Assembly (NCBI GenBank): GCA_963602035.1
Contig: CAVCHC010000002.1
Span: forward strand, 8,649 to 72,648
Direction: 5' to 3'
Source: Acutalibacteraceae bacterium
Lineage (GTDB): Bacteria; Bacillota; Clostridia; Christensenellales; UBA1242
DNA length: 64,000 nucleotides
Numbering within the stretch: the first letter of the stretch is position 1; each line of letters starts with the position of its first letter. Both the position numbers and the translations under genes were made by a program. Positions 1 to 8,536 of the stretch are shown piece by piece. Below the pieces are notes generated by a model, which was given only the letters and a program-made list of their open reading frames with translations, made no database searches and had not been told where the DNA came from.

Positions 1-143
1 AATGTCGCCTTAGTCTTGGCTATTTTTAGATGTAAAGTCGCCTTAGTCTTAACCCTGTTTGGTTATAAAGTCGCCTTAGCTTATTTATGTTTAGGTTTAA
101 GGTCGCCTTAATTTTGATTTGTTTGGTTATAAAGGTCACCGAT
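1..143. repeat. 33-bp tandem repeat (5 units) across the 3' end of the lipoprotein gene
   Basis: GTCGCC cores lie at 4, 37, 70 and 102, with a GTCACC variant at 135. Confidence 0.7.
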
Positions 144-1661
144 GCTATCGTTTGAGATAATCTTAATCAAAAGCGTACAAGACGCCTCGCCGTCATCAGA
201 ATTTAACTCAATCTTAAAATATCCATCAAAATTGTCTCTAACTGTTGCGGCACCTGGGTTTGAAAAGCCACTGCCCGCGCCCATAGTAAGTTCAATTTGC
301 CATCCATTAGCAGCGCCCTTTTCAAGCAACTTGTCAATGGTTGTTATTACACTTTCACCATTACCATCGGTCACTTTTACGCTAGTAATCGCATCCTTAG
401 GGGCAACTGACACCACCCACGTAACCGACTCAGTTATATTATTTTCAGTATCCGCGCCATCCAACACGAAATACTTAACGTAATCATCGTTGATTGAAAA
501 TTTAGCGGTGGTGGTATAAACGCCCGCGCTTGTGACGTCATTAAATTCATTGCCATTTGAGTCTTTTGTAATATAATTAACGTCAACAAATTGCGCATAT
601 TGCCATTCGCTTAAATTAAGCCTGTTGGTACAAGACTCCGTCCCGTTAACCTTAACCGCGCCCGGATGCGTCCAGCTTAGTCCGCTTGGAACGCTCAATT
701 TCATTTTGTTTATATTATAGCCAATTGAAATTTTACCATCTTCAATAACGGCGCCATCATCAACCAAGCAATAGTTGGCGCTTTTAAGTTTTATTTCAAG
801 CGTACTGCCGCCAACCGCCGCCTTAGCGCCGCTAACCTCAAACGCCCCTTGATACTCATCAGGAATATTTACGTTAAAGCCCTGCTCAGTCGGCGTGAAA
901 ACACCGTTGACCATTTCATACTTAAACGTAAAGGCGTCGCTTGAACTAATATCCTTGCCATCCGTGCGCGAAACCCAGCTTAGAACTTCGCTCTTGTTTA
1001 ACTGTGCGGGCGCAATCGTCCACTTAACGCTTACCTCTTCGGCGCCGCCCATAAACTCAAAATTCTGTTTAAATATGTCTTTGATTTTAAAGGTTACATA
1101 ATAGTCGCCCGCGTCGGTAGCCTTAGTTAAGTCGCCTTCTTTGTCAACGATGTCAACAAACACCTCGCAGCCCAAATAATCAATGTACCCCATAGCTATA
1201 TCAATCTCGCTGCCCGTGTACGTAAAGGCCGCGCCGCCGTTTACAGTTGGCACAGGAATCTGCTTTTTAAGCACATGAAAACTTATGGTCGCCTGAGCTT
1301 CGCCCGCCTTAAACGTCAACTCATAAGCGGTGTTGCTTGCGGGGTTAAGGCTTGAATTGTTAACAAACGCGCCGCAATCAACCGTATACTCGCCGTTTGC
1401 GTACGTTAAAACCTTGGTTGTGTTGTCAGTGTAATACGCCTCAACCTTAAAGTCGCGGTTGAAATCAAAATTTATCTGAGTGCCATACTCAACACTTAAA
1501 TTAGCGGTTAAATAAGGGTTTTCGCTTGTAACAGACGCTGTTATTGACACAAGTTGAGGCTTTTTGTTGCCATCATCGCCGCCACACGCCGTAAACACAA
1601 ACGCCACGGGTATCAAAACCAGTGCAACCATCAGCGCAAGCCAAAAATTTTTCTTTTTCAT
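108..1661 (-). CDS. Surface lipoprotein with repeated Ig-like/MBG-like beta modules
   Basis: 517-aa ORF. It has a signal peptide with a lipobox (FVFTAC-GG) and recurring AGDYYVTF / AGVYTTTAKF-type modules typical of repeated surface beta-sandwich domains. No catalytic motif seen. Confidence 0.6.
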   Translation of the reverse strand: MKKKNFWLALMVALVLIPVAFVFTACGGDDGNKKPQLVSITASVTSENPYLTANLSVEYGTQINFDFNRDFKVEAYYTDNTTKVLTYANGEYTVDCGAFVNNSSLNPASNTAYELTFKAGEAQATISFHVLKKQIPVPTVNGGAAFTYTGSEIDIAMGYIDYLGCEVFVDIVDKEGDLTKATDAGDYYVTFKIKDIFKQNFEFMGGAEEVSVKWTIAPAQLNKSEVLSWVSRTDGKDISSSDAFTFKYEMVNGVFTPTEQGFNVNIPDEYQGAFEVSGAKAAVGGSTLEIKLKSANYCLVDDGAVIEDGKISIGYNINKMKLSVPSGLSWTHPGAVKVNGTESCTNRLNLSEWQYAQFVDVNYITKDSNGNEFNDVTSAGVYTTTAKFSINDDYVKYFVLDGADTENNITESVTWVVSVAPKDAITSVKVTDGNGESVITTIDKLLEKGAANGWQIELTMGAGSGFSNPGAATVRDNFDGYFKIELNSDDGEASCTLLIKIISNDSIGDLYNQTNQN

Positions 1662-1837
1662 ACCTTTCTCCTACTGTTAGTTTGCCCTAAACAAACGCAT
1701 TTTCATTTATATTTTAGCATACCGCAAAAAGAAAAGTCACCATAAACGGTGACAGAAAAAATCTAAACATACTTTTTTTGTTAAATTTCACGCCGCATCC
1801 AATCAGCGTTGCGTCAAACCTAAACGCGTTACAAACG

Positions 1838-2911
1838 CTAAATAGTTTTGTCAAAATAACTTGAATATTTGTCGCAGGTTTTGTTGCTTGTAAGGCCAAA
1901 AATAGTCAAGCTTGCGCCATTGTCAAAATGCTCGGCGCTGAAAAGATACCTTTTAACAAACGTTTCGGCCTCGGCGCCATAAATCTTGGCAAACGCCGCA
2001 TTAAGCGAACAGAAATCGTCAATAACGATAACAACCGACTTGCCAACGCCAACCAACGCCTTTGCTTTAAGCATAGCCGCGTTCGCCGCGCTTACAACCA
2101 CGCTTGACATATCCGTAACAAGCGCCTCAAACGTAAATGCATCGCCTTTTATAGTATCCTTTTTGTCTATCAAAAGCTTGATAACAACGTCGCCCGTTTT
2201 GGCAATCGATTCGGCCAAATCAAGCGCAATTTTGATGTCAGTAACGGGCTGGTCACGCCTAATTAAAACCTTTGACCCGCGGTTAAAGTTAATCTTTTCG
2301 CCGTTAAAGGTTGCGCTTACCTCTTCGCCCTTGCCATCGGCTTCAAGCCTGTTGAAAACAACTTCTTCTGGCGCGACTTCTTTACCGTTAACGGTCAAAA
2401 TCTTGCCAACCTGCTTAATGTAGGCATTGTCATCAACATAAAGAAACTCAACAACGTCAAACTGCCTCAGGTTAAAGTCAAGCGCCAAATCTTTTGGCAC
2501 CATCGCATCATCCGCGCTTACAACAAACGGGAATTTGGCGATAAACATCCCCGTCTCGCGCACAACAACCGTCCCGCGCTTAGCGTTAGCGTTTTCAGGG
2601 CGCATAAAACAATAGTTGTTGTATTGCGGCATCTGCGTTGCAACCATCCCAAGCCCAACTGGAAGCGCATTCTGCCTTGATTCAAGCATTTCAAGGCTGA
2701 TTGGCGTTACGTCGCCCTTTGGTGGCCTACCGCGCCTGTCTTTCTGTTTGTATGGCTCTTGTGACCCCGTTATGATTGAATAAATGTTGTCAACAAGATT
2801 GTCTTTGCTTTGATTTGATGGCGATTTAACCCCAACACTGGCGCCAAGCCTTCTTAATTCATGTATGTTAAGATTAAATAAACTATCTTTACTAAAATTT
2901 TTATAATCCAT
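1838..2911 (-). CDS. Rho-like protein: Rho_N plus an RNA-binding-like region plus a degenerate, C-terminally truncated ATPase core
   Basis: The N-terminus LNIHELRRLGASVGVKS..NLVDNIYSI resembles Rho_N. RGSKVLIRRDQPVTDIKIALDLAESI aligns to Rho [26 protein letters not shown], so the P-loop GKT is lost. LLIDKKD matches LLIDERPEEV, VVIVIDDFCSLNAAFA matches VIILLDSITRLARAYN, and GASLTIFGLTS matches GGSLTIIATAL. The ORF ends soon after that point. Confidence 0.6.
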   Translation of the reverse strand: MDYKNFSKDSLFNLNIHELRRLGASVGVKSPSNQSKDNLVDNIYSIITGSQEPYKQKDRRGRPPKGDVTPISLEMLESRQNALPVGLGMVATQMPQYNNYCFMRPENANAKRGTVVVRETGMFIAKFPFVVSADDAMVPKDLALDFNLRQFDVVEFLYVDDNAYIKQVGKILTVNGKEVAPEEVVFNRLEADGKGEEVSATFNGEKINFNRGSKVLIRRDQPVTDIKIALDLAESIAKTGDVVIKLLIDKKDTIKGDAFTFEALVTDMSSVVVSAANAAMLKAKALVGVGKSVVIVIDDFCSLNAAFAKIYGAEAETFVKRYLFSAEHFDNGASLTIFGLTSNKTCDKYSSYFDKTI

Positions 2912-2959
2912 TAGGTCTTACCTCACGCTTAGAATACCATATTTTTTTGCGTTTGGCAA

Positions 2960-3508
2960 TTAATTACACAATTTATTTATAATTTCTAATATTTTTGACT
3001 TATAAGTTATCGAATTCGTGCCGTTACTCTCGGCGCCGATAAAGCAAAGCGGCGGATAAACCACGCACCACCAGTTGTCGCCCGTGCCCGACCCCAATTC
3101 AACGATAAGCGCGTCATACACCCCCTCGTCAAGCACCAACTCGCCATACGCCCGCGTTGGAAAGTATTCGTCCGTCATCCTCGCGCGGCTGGTGTAGCCA
3201 AACCCCTCTTGTTTTAAAACCGCATCTGCCACCCGCGTCACGCCGTCAAGATGACTTTTTATAACGGCGTGCGCCTGCTCTAAGGTGTCACAGTCCGCGA
3301 TAAACGGCGTAAGAAATTCAACCACCGCCTCCTTTACTTTAAGCTTAACCTGCTGGTCAACCTCGTCATTACTGTTAGCGCGAATGTGAATGCGGACGTA
3401 ACTAGACTTTTCAAGCGGCGCCTCGTCGTGCTTTTTAAACCCAACAAACGCGCCCAAAACAAGCGTTAAAATAAACCCGATAACTAAAAGTGTTAAAATT
3501 TTTTTCAT
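2960..3508 (-). CDS. spoIIR: Stage II sporulation protein R
   Basis: It has a signal/TM segment, then RIHIRANSNDEVDQ and GDNWWCVVYPPLCF, both hallmarks of SpoIIR. The start is set at the internal ATG (MKKILTLL), preceded by AAGGAGA with 6-nt spacing. Confidence 0.8.
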   Translation of the reverse strand: MKKILTLLVIGFILTLVLGAFVGFKKHDEAPLEKSSYVRIHIRANSNDEVDQQVKLKVKEAVVEFLTPFIADCDTLEQAHAVIKSHLDGVTRVADAVLKQEGFGYTSRARMTDEYFPTRAYGELVLDEGVYDALIVELGSGTGDNWWCVVYPPLCFIGAESNGTNSITYKSKILEIINKLCN

Positions 3509-3593
3509 ACCATTCTCCTTAACAATAAGTATTGCCACGAATTGGTCGCATTAACAAAAAAGCGCAATAAAAAATTTAAAAAAATGCTGCCAA

Positions 3594-3632
3594 AAAAGAA
3601 AAAAGCAGCAAAAACTTAAAGTTCTTGCCGCT
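3594..3632 (-). terminator. Rho-independent terminator after the SpoVID/SipL-like gene
   Basis: On the minus strand, AGCGGCAA-loop-UUGCUGCU (8 bp, one G-U pair) is followed by UUUUUUCUUU. Confidence 0.6.
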
Positions 3633-3652
3633 TTTTGGCGTTTGATAGGTCT

Positions 3653-5104
3653 TTAAAAATTAACAATTTCAGGAAGGTAAACAAATATCTTATCCCCTGC
3701 GTGCACCTCTTCAAGACCCTCGTTCTGCGCTTTTAACATCTCCGGACGAACTTTAAGCGCCCTGCAAATGTCAAACAAGTCTTCGTTTTCTTTGGCAACA
3801 ATCATTTTCACGCCCGCGTCGTCTGGGCTGGCCTCTTCAAGCCCCGCGCTTGAAACAAACGAAAAGTTAGCCTGCGTTTGCCCATAAGTCTGTGCTGACA
3901 CATTTAAGATAACTTCAAGTTCGCTTGTCCCGCGGATTTTAAAGCTGGTTACAACGGCAGCAACGTCCGTCGCAACGCCGTCTGCGTTAAGCGTGAATGG
4001 AATTTGCGCGGCCTTTTTGTCAATGCCCCCGTCAAGGGTCGCAAAGATTACGTCAAGGTTAATATTGCCCGAAATTTCGCCGTCAGCCTGACTAAATGGC
4101 ACGCCCGTTACCGTAACAAGTTTAATCGCGTCAAACTCTGGATAGTCTTCAAGCCCGATGCCAAAAACGATGTTATCGGTAAGCATTTGCGCCTCACCAA
4201 CCTGCGTCGCCTCGATGTATTCAGTCGCAAGTTTAAGTTCGCCGGTGCACGAGAACGCGTCGGTGGTAAGCGTAATCGCCTTGTTTTCAAGCGTGAACGC
4301 AACCGCCTTAACGTCAACCGTGATATTTGCTTGTTTTTGCTCGTCGCCGTTGTCTTCAATCGCCGCCGCCACTTTGGTTACGCTTAAATTTACGCTGGCC
4401 ATTTGCCCGTCAGTAGCGCCAAGCACGTCAAGCTCTTGCTTAAAGTCAAAGGTTTTGTTAATCTCGTCAAAGCCGTTTTCAGTTTTAACCCAAAGTTTAA
4501 CAATACACGCACCGCTTACCGTTACCCCGTCAGGCGCGCTTGTGGCCTCGCTTACCAACACGTCCGCGCTAACCAGTTCGATTTCTTCGTCCCCCGAATT
4601 AAGCGCAATGTCTTCGGCGATTGTAAAGGTATTAGCCGCCACCGCCGCCACGCTTTTAATCTCTGTTTCAGTTGTGCGCGCAACGATGTCTTCGTTTTCA
4701 GCAAGCGTTGAAACGGTCGCCTCTTCAAGGCCAAGCGCCTCAACCGCAATCACGTTTGAAACAAATATCGCGTCGTCTGCAATGCGCGCCTGAGTGTCAA
4801 TAACGCGCGCTAAAAACTCAACGCCTGTTAAGGTCGTGTCCATTTTTTGCGTAAAGTCAAACTCGCCAGTAGCGTTTGAAATCTCGCCATTTTCGTCAAT
4901 AAACGCCGCGCTTACATTGACCTTGCCTGACACCATAAAGCCGTCAGCAAGCATCTCTACTGACGCCACACTGGCCGCCCCAGCCGTCTTTAAGATTTTA
5001 ATCGGTTTTGTGTCTTCACTTGGGGTTAATTTGTTGCTAACATTAACCTCCCCCACAAGTTTTTTGCCAATGTTTAAGTTTGTTTGAGTCATTTCAAACG
5101 CCAT
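3653..5104 (-). CDS. SpoVID/SipL-like spore-coat morphogenetic protein candidate (long repetitive beta-rich region plus C-terminal LysM)
   Basis: The C-terminus MIVAKENEDLFDICRALKVRPEMLKAQNEGLEEVHAGDKIFVYLP fits a LysM fold. The V/T/A/E-rich body resembles DUF3794/SPOCS proteins. The start is set at MAFEMTQ after AAAGGGGG. It sits in a sporulation-gene neighbourhood. Confidence 0.45.
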   Translation of the reverse strand: MAFEMTQTNLNIGKKLVGEVNVSNKLTPSEDTKPIKILKTAGAASVASVEMLADGFMVSGKVNVSAAFIDENGEISNATGEFDFTQKMDTTLTGVEFLARVIDTQARIADDAIFVSNVIAVEALGLEEATVSTLAENEDIVARTTETEIKSVAAVAANTFTIAEDIALNSGDEEIELVSADVLVSEATSAPDGVTVSGACIVKLWVKTENGFDEINKTFDFKQELDVLGATDGQMASVNLSVTKVAAAIEDNGDEQKQANITVDVKAVAFTLENKAITLTTDAFSCTGELKLATEYIEATQVGEAQMLTDNIVFGIGLEDYPEFDAIKLVTVTGVPFSQADGEISGNINLDVIFATLDGGIDKKAAQIPFTLNADGVATDVAAVVTSFKIRGTSELEVILNVSAQTYGQTQANFSFVSSAGLEEASPDDAGVKMIVAKENEDLFDICRALKVRPEMLKAQNEGLEEVHAGDKIFVYLPEIVNF

Positions 5105-5193
5105 ACAAAAACCCCCTTTCATTGTGTCTTAGTAGAGTTTATGCAAGGGGTAAGCGTTTAGAACTTATTTAATTAATTTTGTTAGCGTACAAG

Positions 5194-5445
5194 TTAATTA
5201 GGCTTTTTTATAGGGGCAACCTTAACGTCGCCGCACAAAACGTCGTTATAACTGTAACTAAGCGATTCTTGCGCGATGGGGTCGTCAAGCTTAACGGTAA
5301 AAATTGATGGATAAACGCTTTCAATAACGCCCGTATACTTTTCAATACGCTTGCGGCCGCGATTGACGTGCATTTTAACGCTTTCACCTTTAAGCGACTT
5401 AATTTTTTCACAAATTTCGGGTAAACTAACTGTGGCTTTTCGCAT
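5194..5445 (-). CDS. veg: Veg (DUF1021) protein
   Basis: IKSLKGESVKMHVNRGRKRIEKYTGVIESVYPSIFTVKLDD...SYSYNDVL matches the Veg family pattern. The start is at the ATG after AAAGGAGAGG. Confidence 0.8.
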   Translation of the reverse strand: MRKATVSLPEICEKIKSLKGESVKMHVNRGRKRIEKYTGVIESVYPSIFTVKLDDPIAQESLSYSYNDVLCGDVKVAPIKKPN

Positions 5446-5714
5446 ACACCTCTCCTTTGTTTCAAGTTTTGCCAATTGAATAATTAATATACATCAGTTT
5501 TTGCCTTACTTTTATTGTTAATTTAAGCCGTAATGAAAAGCCCCGCCAAAATAAGGCTGCCAAAAGCGTAACAAGAAAGGCTACCCACAAAAATTTGATA
5601 AATTAAAAAAAGTTGTAAAAAATAGTTTACAAATCAATATAATTGATATAATATATTGCTAATTGTGACGCAAGCGCGTGCACGTGAATAAATTAAACTA
5701 AACGGAGACCAAAA

Positions 5715-6245
5715 ATGGATAAACCTAAATATATCAAATGCCCACGTTGTGAGCTTAACTATATCAAGGCGGGCGAAGACCTTTGCCCCGTTTGCAAAAG
5801 CGAACTTAAACTTGGCGAGGCGCTTAATGACGACCTTGAAATCTGCCCTATCTGCGGAATTAACTATATGACGGTTGACCAGGCGATGTGTGATGACTGC
5901 GCTAAACGCCGCTCGCTTGACGACGTGGTTGACGAGATTGACCCTAAGCACGACGGCGAGGATGAAGACTGGGACAGCGACGAAGAGCCAAAACCTCAGC
6001 CTAAGTCTATTGACGATATGCCTGCTGACGACGACGTTGAAATCGTCAATTTCTCTGACCTTGAAGACGATGATGATTATGACGACGATGACGATGATGA
6101 TGACGACACGTTTGAAAACTTTGACAGTGGCAAAAAAGACGACCTTGATGAAGACTTTGACATCTCTTTGTCAGACGACGACCTTGGTGATGACCTTGAC
6201 GATGATGACGAGGACGACGACGACATCGATGACGATGACGAATAG
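5715..6245 (+). CDS. Double zinc-ribbon protein with a ~100-aa poly-Asp/Glu tail
   Basis: Two CxxC...CxxC pairs are present (CPRC..CPVC and CPIC..CDDC). They are followed by an extremely acidic low-complexity C-terminus. Confidence 0.6.
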   Translation: MDKPKYIKCPRCELNYIKAGEDLCPVCKSELKLGEALNDDLEICPICGINYMTVDQAMCDDCAKRRSLDDVVDEIDPKHDGEDEDWDSDEEPKPQPKSIDDMPADDDVEIVNFSDLEDDDDYDDDDDDDDDTFENFDSGKKDDLDEDFDISLSDDDLGDDLDDDDEDDDDIDDDDE

Positions 6246-6720
6246 TTTGATTAAAGTTTAAAGCCTGCAATTTAAAGTTGAATGTTTAAAGTTTAAAGTT
6301 GAAATATTGATGTCATTGCGAGCGTAGCGTGGCAATCCCATTGTTAGAGGCACTCTCCCCCTCCTTTTCCCAACTCCGCCCCCTTTAGGGGGAGGATGGT
6401 CGAACGTAGCGTGGAGCGGAGTGAGACGGAGGGGTTAATAAGTCCGCAGAAAAAACGAGGATATTATAAATCGGCTTAGATTACCACGTCGGCCTTGCCT
6501 CCTCGTAATGACAAAAATAATACCACAATAAAAAATACTCTATGTTTATCAATATTGACTTACATAGAGTATTTTCTTTTTTCAAGTTGCCTTATTAACC
6601 CCTCCGTCTTGTGTCGCTCCACGCTCCACTGCGACCAGTCCTCCCCTTTCAGGGGCGGTGTTGGGAGTTACATAAACAAACGTTGAGATTAATATAAGTA
6701 AATAATACTACTCATTATAA
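6246..6720. repeat. Mosaic repeat cluster R1
   Basis: Modules in order: AAAGTTK heptads 6251-6304; P unit TGTCATTGCGAG..GGCAATCCC 6311-6339; GC module 6374-6434; inverted P unit 6478-6513; terminator 6531-6582; inverted GC module 6599-6660. Confidence 0.85.
6531..6582. terminator. Bidirectional terminator between the convergent acidic zinc-ribbon gene and spo0A
   Basis: A perfect 12-bp stem AATACTCTATGT / ACATAGAGTATT (6534-6545 / 6562-6573) is preceded by an A-run and followed by TTCTTTTTT. Confidence 0.7.
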
Positions 6721-6765
6721 GCCTCTCACCCCAACTATTTTAGGCTTAACTTGTTTCAACTGTTT

Positions 6766-7527
6766 TTAGCCTTCAATCAGCATTTTGTCTGCAACAAGTG
6801 CAATGAACTCGCCGTTGGTTGGCTTTTCGTTATTGCTGTACACCTTAATGCCAAAAACTGCATTGATGTTTTCAATCTTACCGCGGTTCCACGCGACCTC
6901 GATGGCGTGCCTGATAGCGCGCTCTACCTTACTTGGGCTGGTGCTGAATTGGTCAGCAACGCGCGGATAAAGTTCTTTGGTTATGCTGTTGATGATGTCG
7001 GGCTGTTTAACCGCAAGTTTGATGGCCTCTCTTAAAAACTGATAGCCCTTGATGTGCGCTGGGATTCCAACCGTTATAAAAATGTTGCTGATTTTTTCTT
7101 CAAGCTGTTTTTGTTTTGGGTTGGCGCGCTGCATAACCGCCCCAGCCTGCTTTTGCCCGATTTTGGCAACCTCACCAATACGTGAGATAAGGCCATCGAT
7201 GTCAACGGGCTTAATCATAAAATAGTCCGCGCCCATATCCAGTGCCTTAGATATAAACGCTTCGCTTGAAAGAGATGAAACAATCAAAAAACGTGGGGCA
7301 AGGCCTTTGGCTTTCACCTTTTCGATAACCGAAAAGCCGTCGCACCCGCTTAAAACAATCTCGCTTACAACAACCTGTGGGTCAGTTTTTTCAATAAGCT
7401 CAATTGCTTCGGGGCCGGTTTTGGCAACCCCGACTAAATCCACACTTGGCTCTGCTTTTAACCTCTCCGCCAAATTTTGTCTTACGCTATCATTGTCTTC
7501 AACGTAAACTACTTTAATCTGTTCCAT
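6766..7527 (-). CDS. spo0A: Sporulation master response regulator Spo0A
   Basis: A receiver domain (VVYVEDND...) is followed by the Spo0A-specific C-terminal signature SPSKVERAIRHAIEVAWNRG. The start is set at MEQIKVVY after GGAAAGGG. Confidence 0.9.
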   Translation of the reverse strand: MEQIKVVYVEDNDSVRQNLAERLKAEPSVDLVGVAKTGPEAIELIEKTDPQVVVSEIVLSGCDGFSVIEKVKAKGLAPRFLIVSSLSSEAFISKALDMGADYFMIKPVDIDGLISRIGEVAKIGQKQAGAVMQRANPKQKQLEEKISNIFITVGIPAHIKGYQFLREAIKLAVKQPDIINSITKELYPRVADQFSTSPSKVERAIRHAIEVAWNRGKIENINAVFGIKVYSNNEKPTNGEFIALVADKMLIEG

Positions 7528-7649
7528 AAATACCCTTTCCTTCTTTATTTGCATTTTCTGCACTGACCATATCATATCATAAACGCAAATAACAAAAAAG
7601 TAAAAACTCGGCTCAAAAGGCAAGGATTTTCAGTCTTTTTTAGACTTTT

Positions 7650-7656
7650 TGTCGAA
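7650..7656 (+). promoter_or_regulatory. Candidate 0A box (TGTCGAA) upstream of spo0A
   Basis: An exact TGTCGAA heptamer lies about 125 bp upstream of the spo0A start. Spo0A autoregulation through 0A boxes is known in Bacillus. Confidence 0.3.
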
Positions 7657-7903
7657 ACAATAAACAACCAGTCTAATTACCTCACTCTTTCAATCTTTTT
7701 TAGAAATTTTAAGGGTTTTTTGCACTTTACAAATTCTAAATATTAGCCTTTCTAACTTTTCATCTTAACAAAATTTGCTTTAAAATTGACTACATATACT
7801 GAGTATGTTTTTTATTAATTATACATATCCTTACCTCTCAGTGTCAAGCAAATATTATTTAAAAACTCACATATTTTTAATATACATAGTGTAACATAAT
7901 GGT

Positions 7904-8215
7904 ATGGACAGCTATTTTATTAAAGAACGAGTTTATTATTATCGAACCAAAAACAAGATGAGCGCGCGCAACTTAAGTTTAGAACTTGGAATGTGCGGCG
8001 AGTATATAAACCAGCTTGAAACGGGGCGGCTTAAACCATCGCTTGATTTTCTTATCAACTTTTGCGGATATTTTGGAATAACGCTTAGCGAATTTTTTGA
8101 CGAAAACCAGGCCTATCCTGCCGAACTTAATGACCTTATCGCCGCAACAAAGGGTTTAAGCAAGGATAGTATCGAGCTTTTAACTACCCTTGCCCGCACA
8201 ATGCGCCGCGGCTAG
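7904..8215 (+). CDS. XRE-family helix-turn-helix transcriptional regulator
   Basis: The HTH_3-like segment MSARNLSLELGMCGEYINQLETGRLKPSLDFLINFCGYFGITLSEFF is present. Confidence 0.7.
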   Translation: MDSYFIKERVYYYRTKNKMSARNLSLELGMCGEYINQLETGRLKPSLDFLINFCGYFGITLSEFFDENQAYPAELNDLIAATKGLSKDSIELLTTLARTMRRG

Positions 8216-8338
8216 CGTTTTCTTTCGCGCGTCAACTTAACCCATACCAACTAAAAACTTGTCAAACTCAAAGCCAAACAAACCGCAACCCATAATCGCG
8301 CATTAGTAATACCCTTTAAATAAAACGCAACACATAAT

Positions 8339-8460
8339 TGCGCAAATAAAAGTTTACCCTGCCCGCTTACATAAACCCGCGCAAATATAAGTTTACCCTG
8401 CCCGCTTACACATACTTGAACAAATATAAAGTTTAACCTCGCTCGCTTACGAGTCATCGC
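8339..8460. repeat. ~40-bp tandem repeat x3
   Basis: The unit is CGCGCAAATATAAGTTTACCCTGCCCGCTTACA. The third copy is diverged. Confidence 0.7.
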
Positions 8461-8472
8461 GCGAATAAACAT

Positions 8473-8510
8473 AAAAAGCATATAAGTTTTGCCTTATATG
8501 CTTTTTGTTT
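8473..8510. terminator. Bidirectional terminator between the XRE gene and the collagen/dockerin gene
   Basis: The stem AAAGCATATAAG / CTTATATGCTTT is flanked by an A-run and a T-run. Confidence 0.7.
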
Positions 8511-8536
8511 TTGTTTAATTAATTGGTTACCTTAAC

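Noticed and set aside
3509-3600. A sigma-F promoter for spoIIR (GGCAATACT fits GGnnAnAnT)
   Set aside because: The -10-like match is good, but no convincing GCATA/GTATA -35 lies at the right spacing. This is too weak to annotate.
4004-5087. Several plus-strand ORFs (127-211 aa) inside the SpoVID/SipL-like gene, and similar antisense ORFs such as 11959..12750, 22185..22928, 36486..37055 and 53567..54004
   Set aside because: These are shadow ORFs antisense to, or out of frame with, strongly supported genes. Their low-complexity Ser/Leu/Arg-rich products are typical of antisense frames.
5875-6270. Alternative-frame ORFs (128 aa plus strand, 74 aa minus strand) in the acidic tail region
   Set aside because: They are produced by GAY/GAC repeat DNA read in other frames (Thr/Met-rich or His/Arg-rich). 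The zinc-ribbon frame has the start context and a domain.
6495-6686. 63-aa ORF (…LCRSTLHCDQSSPFRGGVGSY…)
   Set aside because: It lies entirely inside the P unit, terminator and inverted GC module of repeat cluster R1. The same peptide-like string arises wherever the GC module is translated (compare 39734..39919). It has no RBS.
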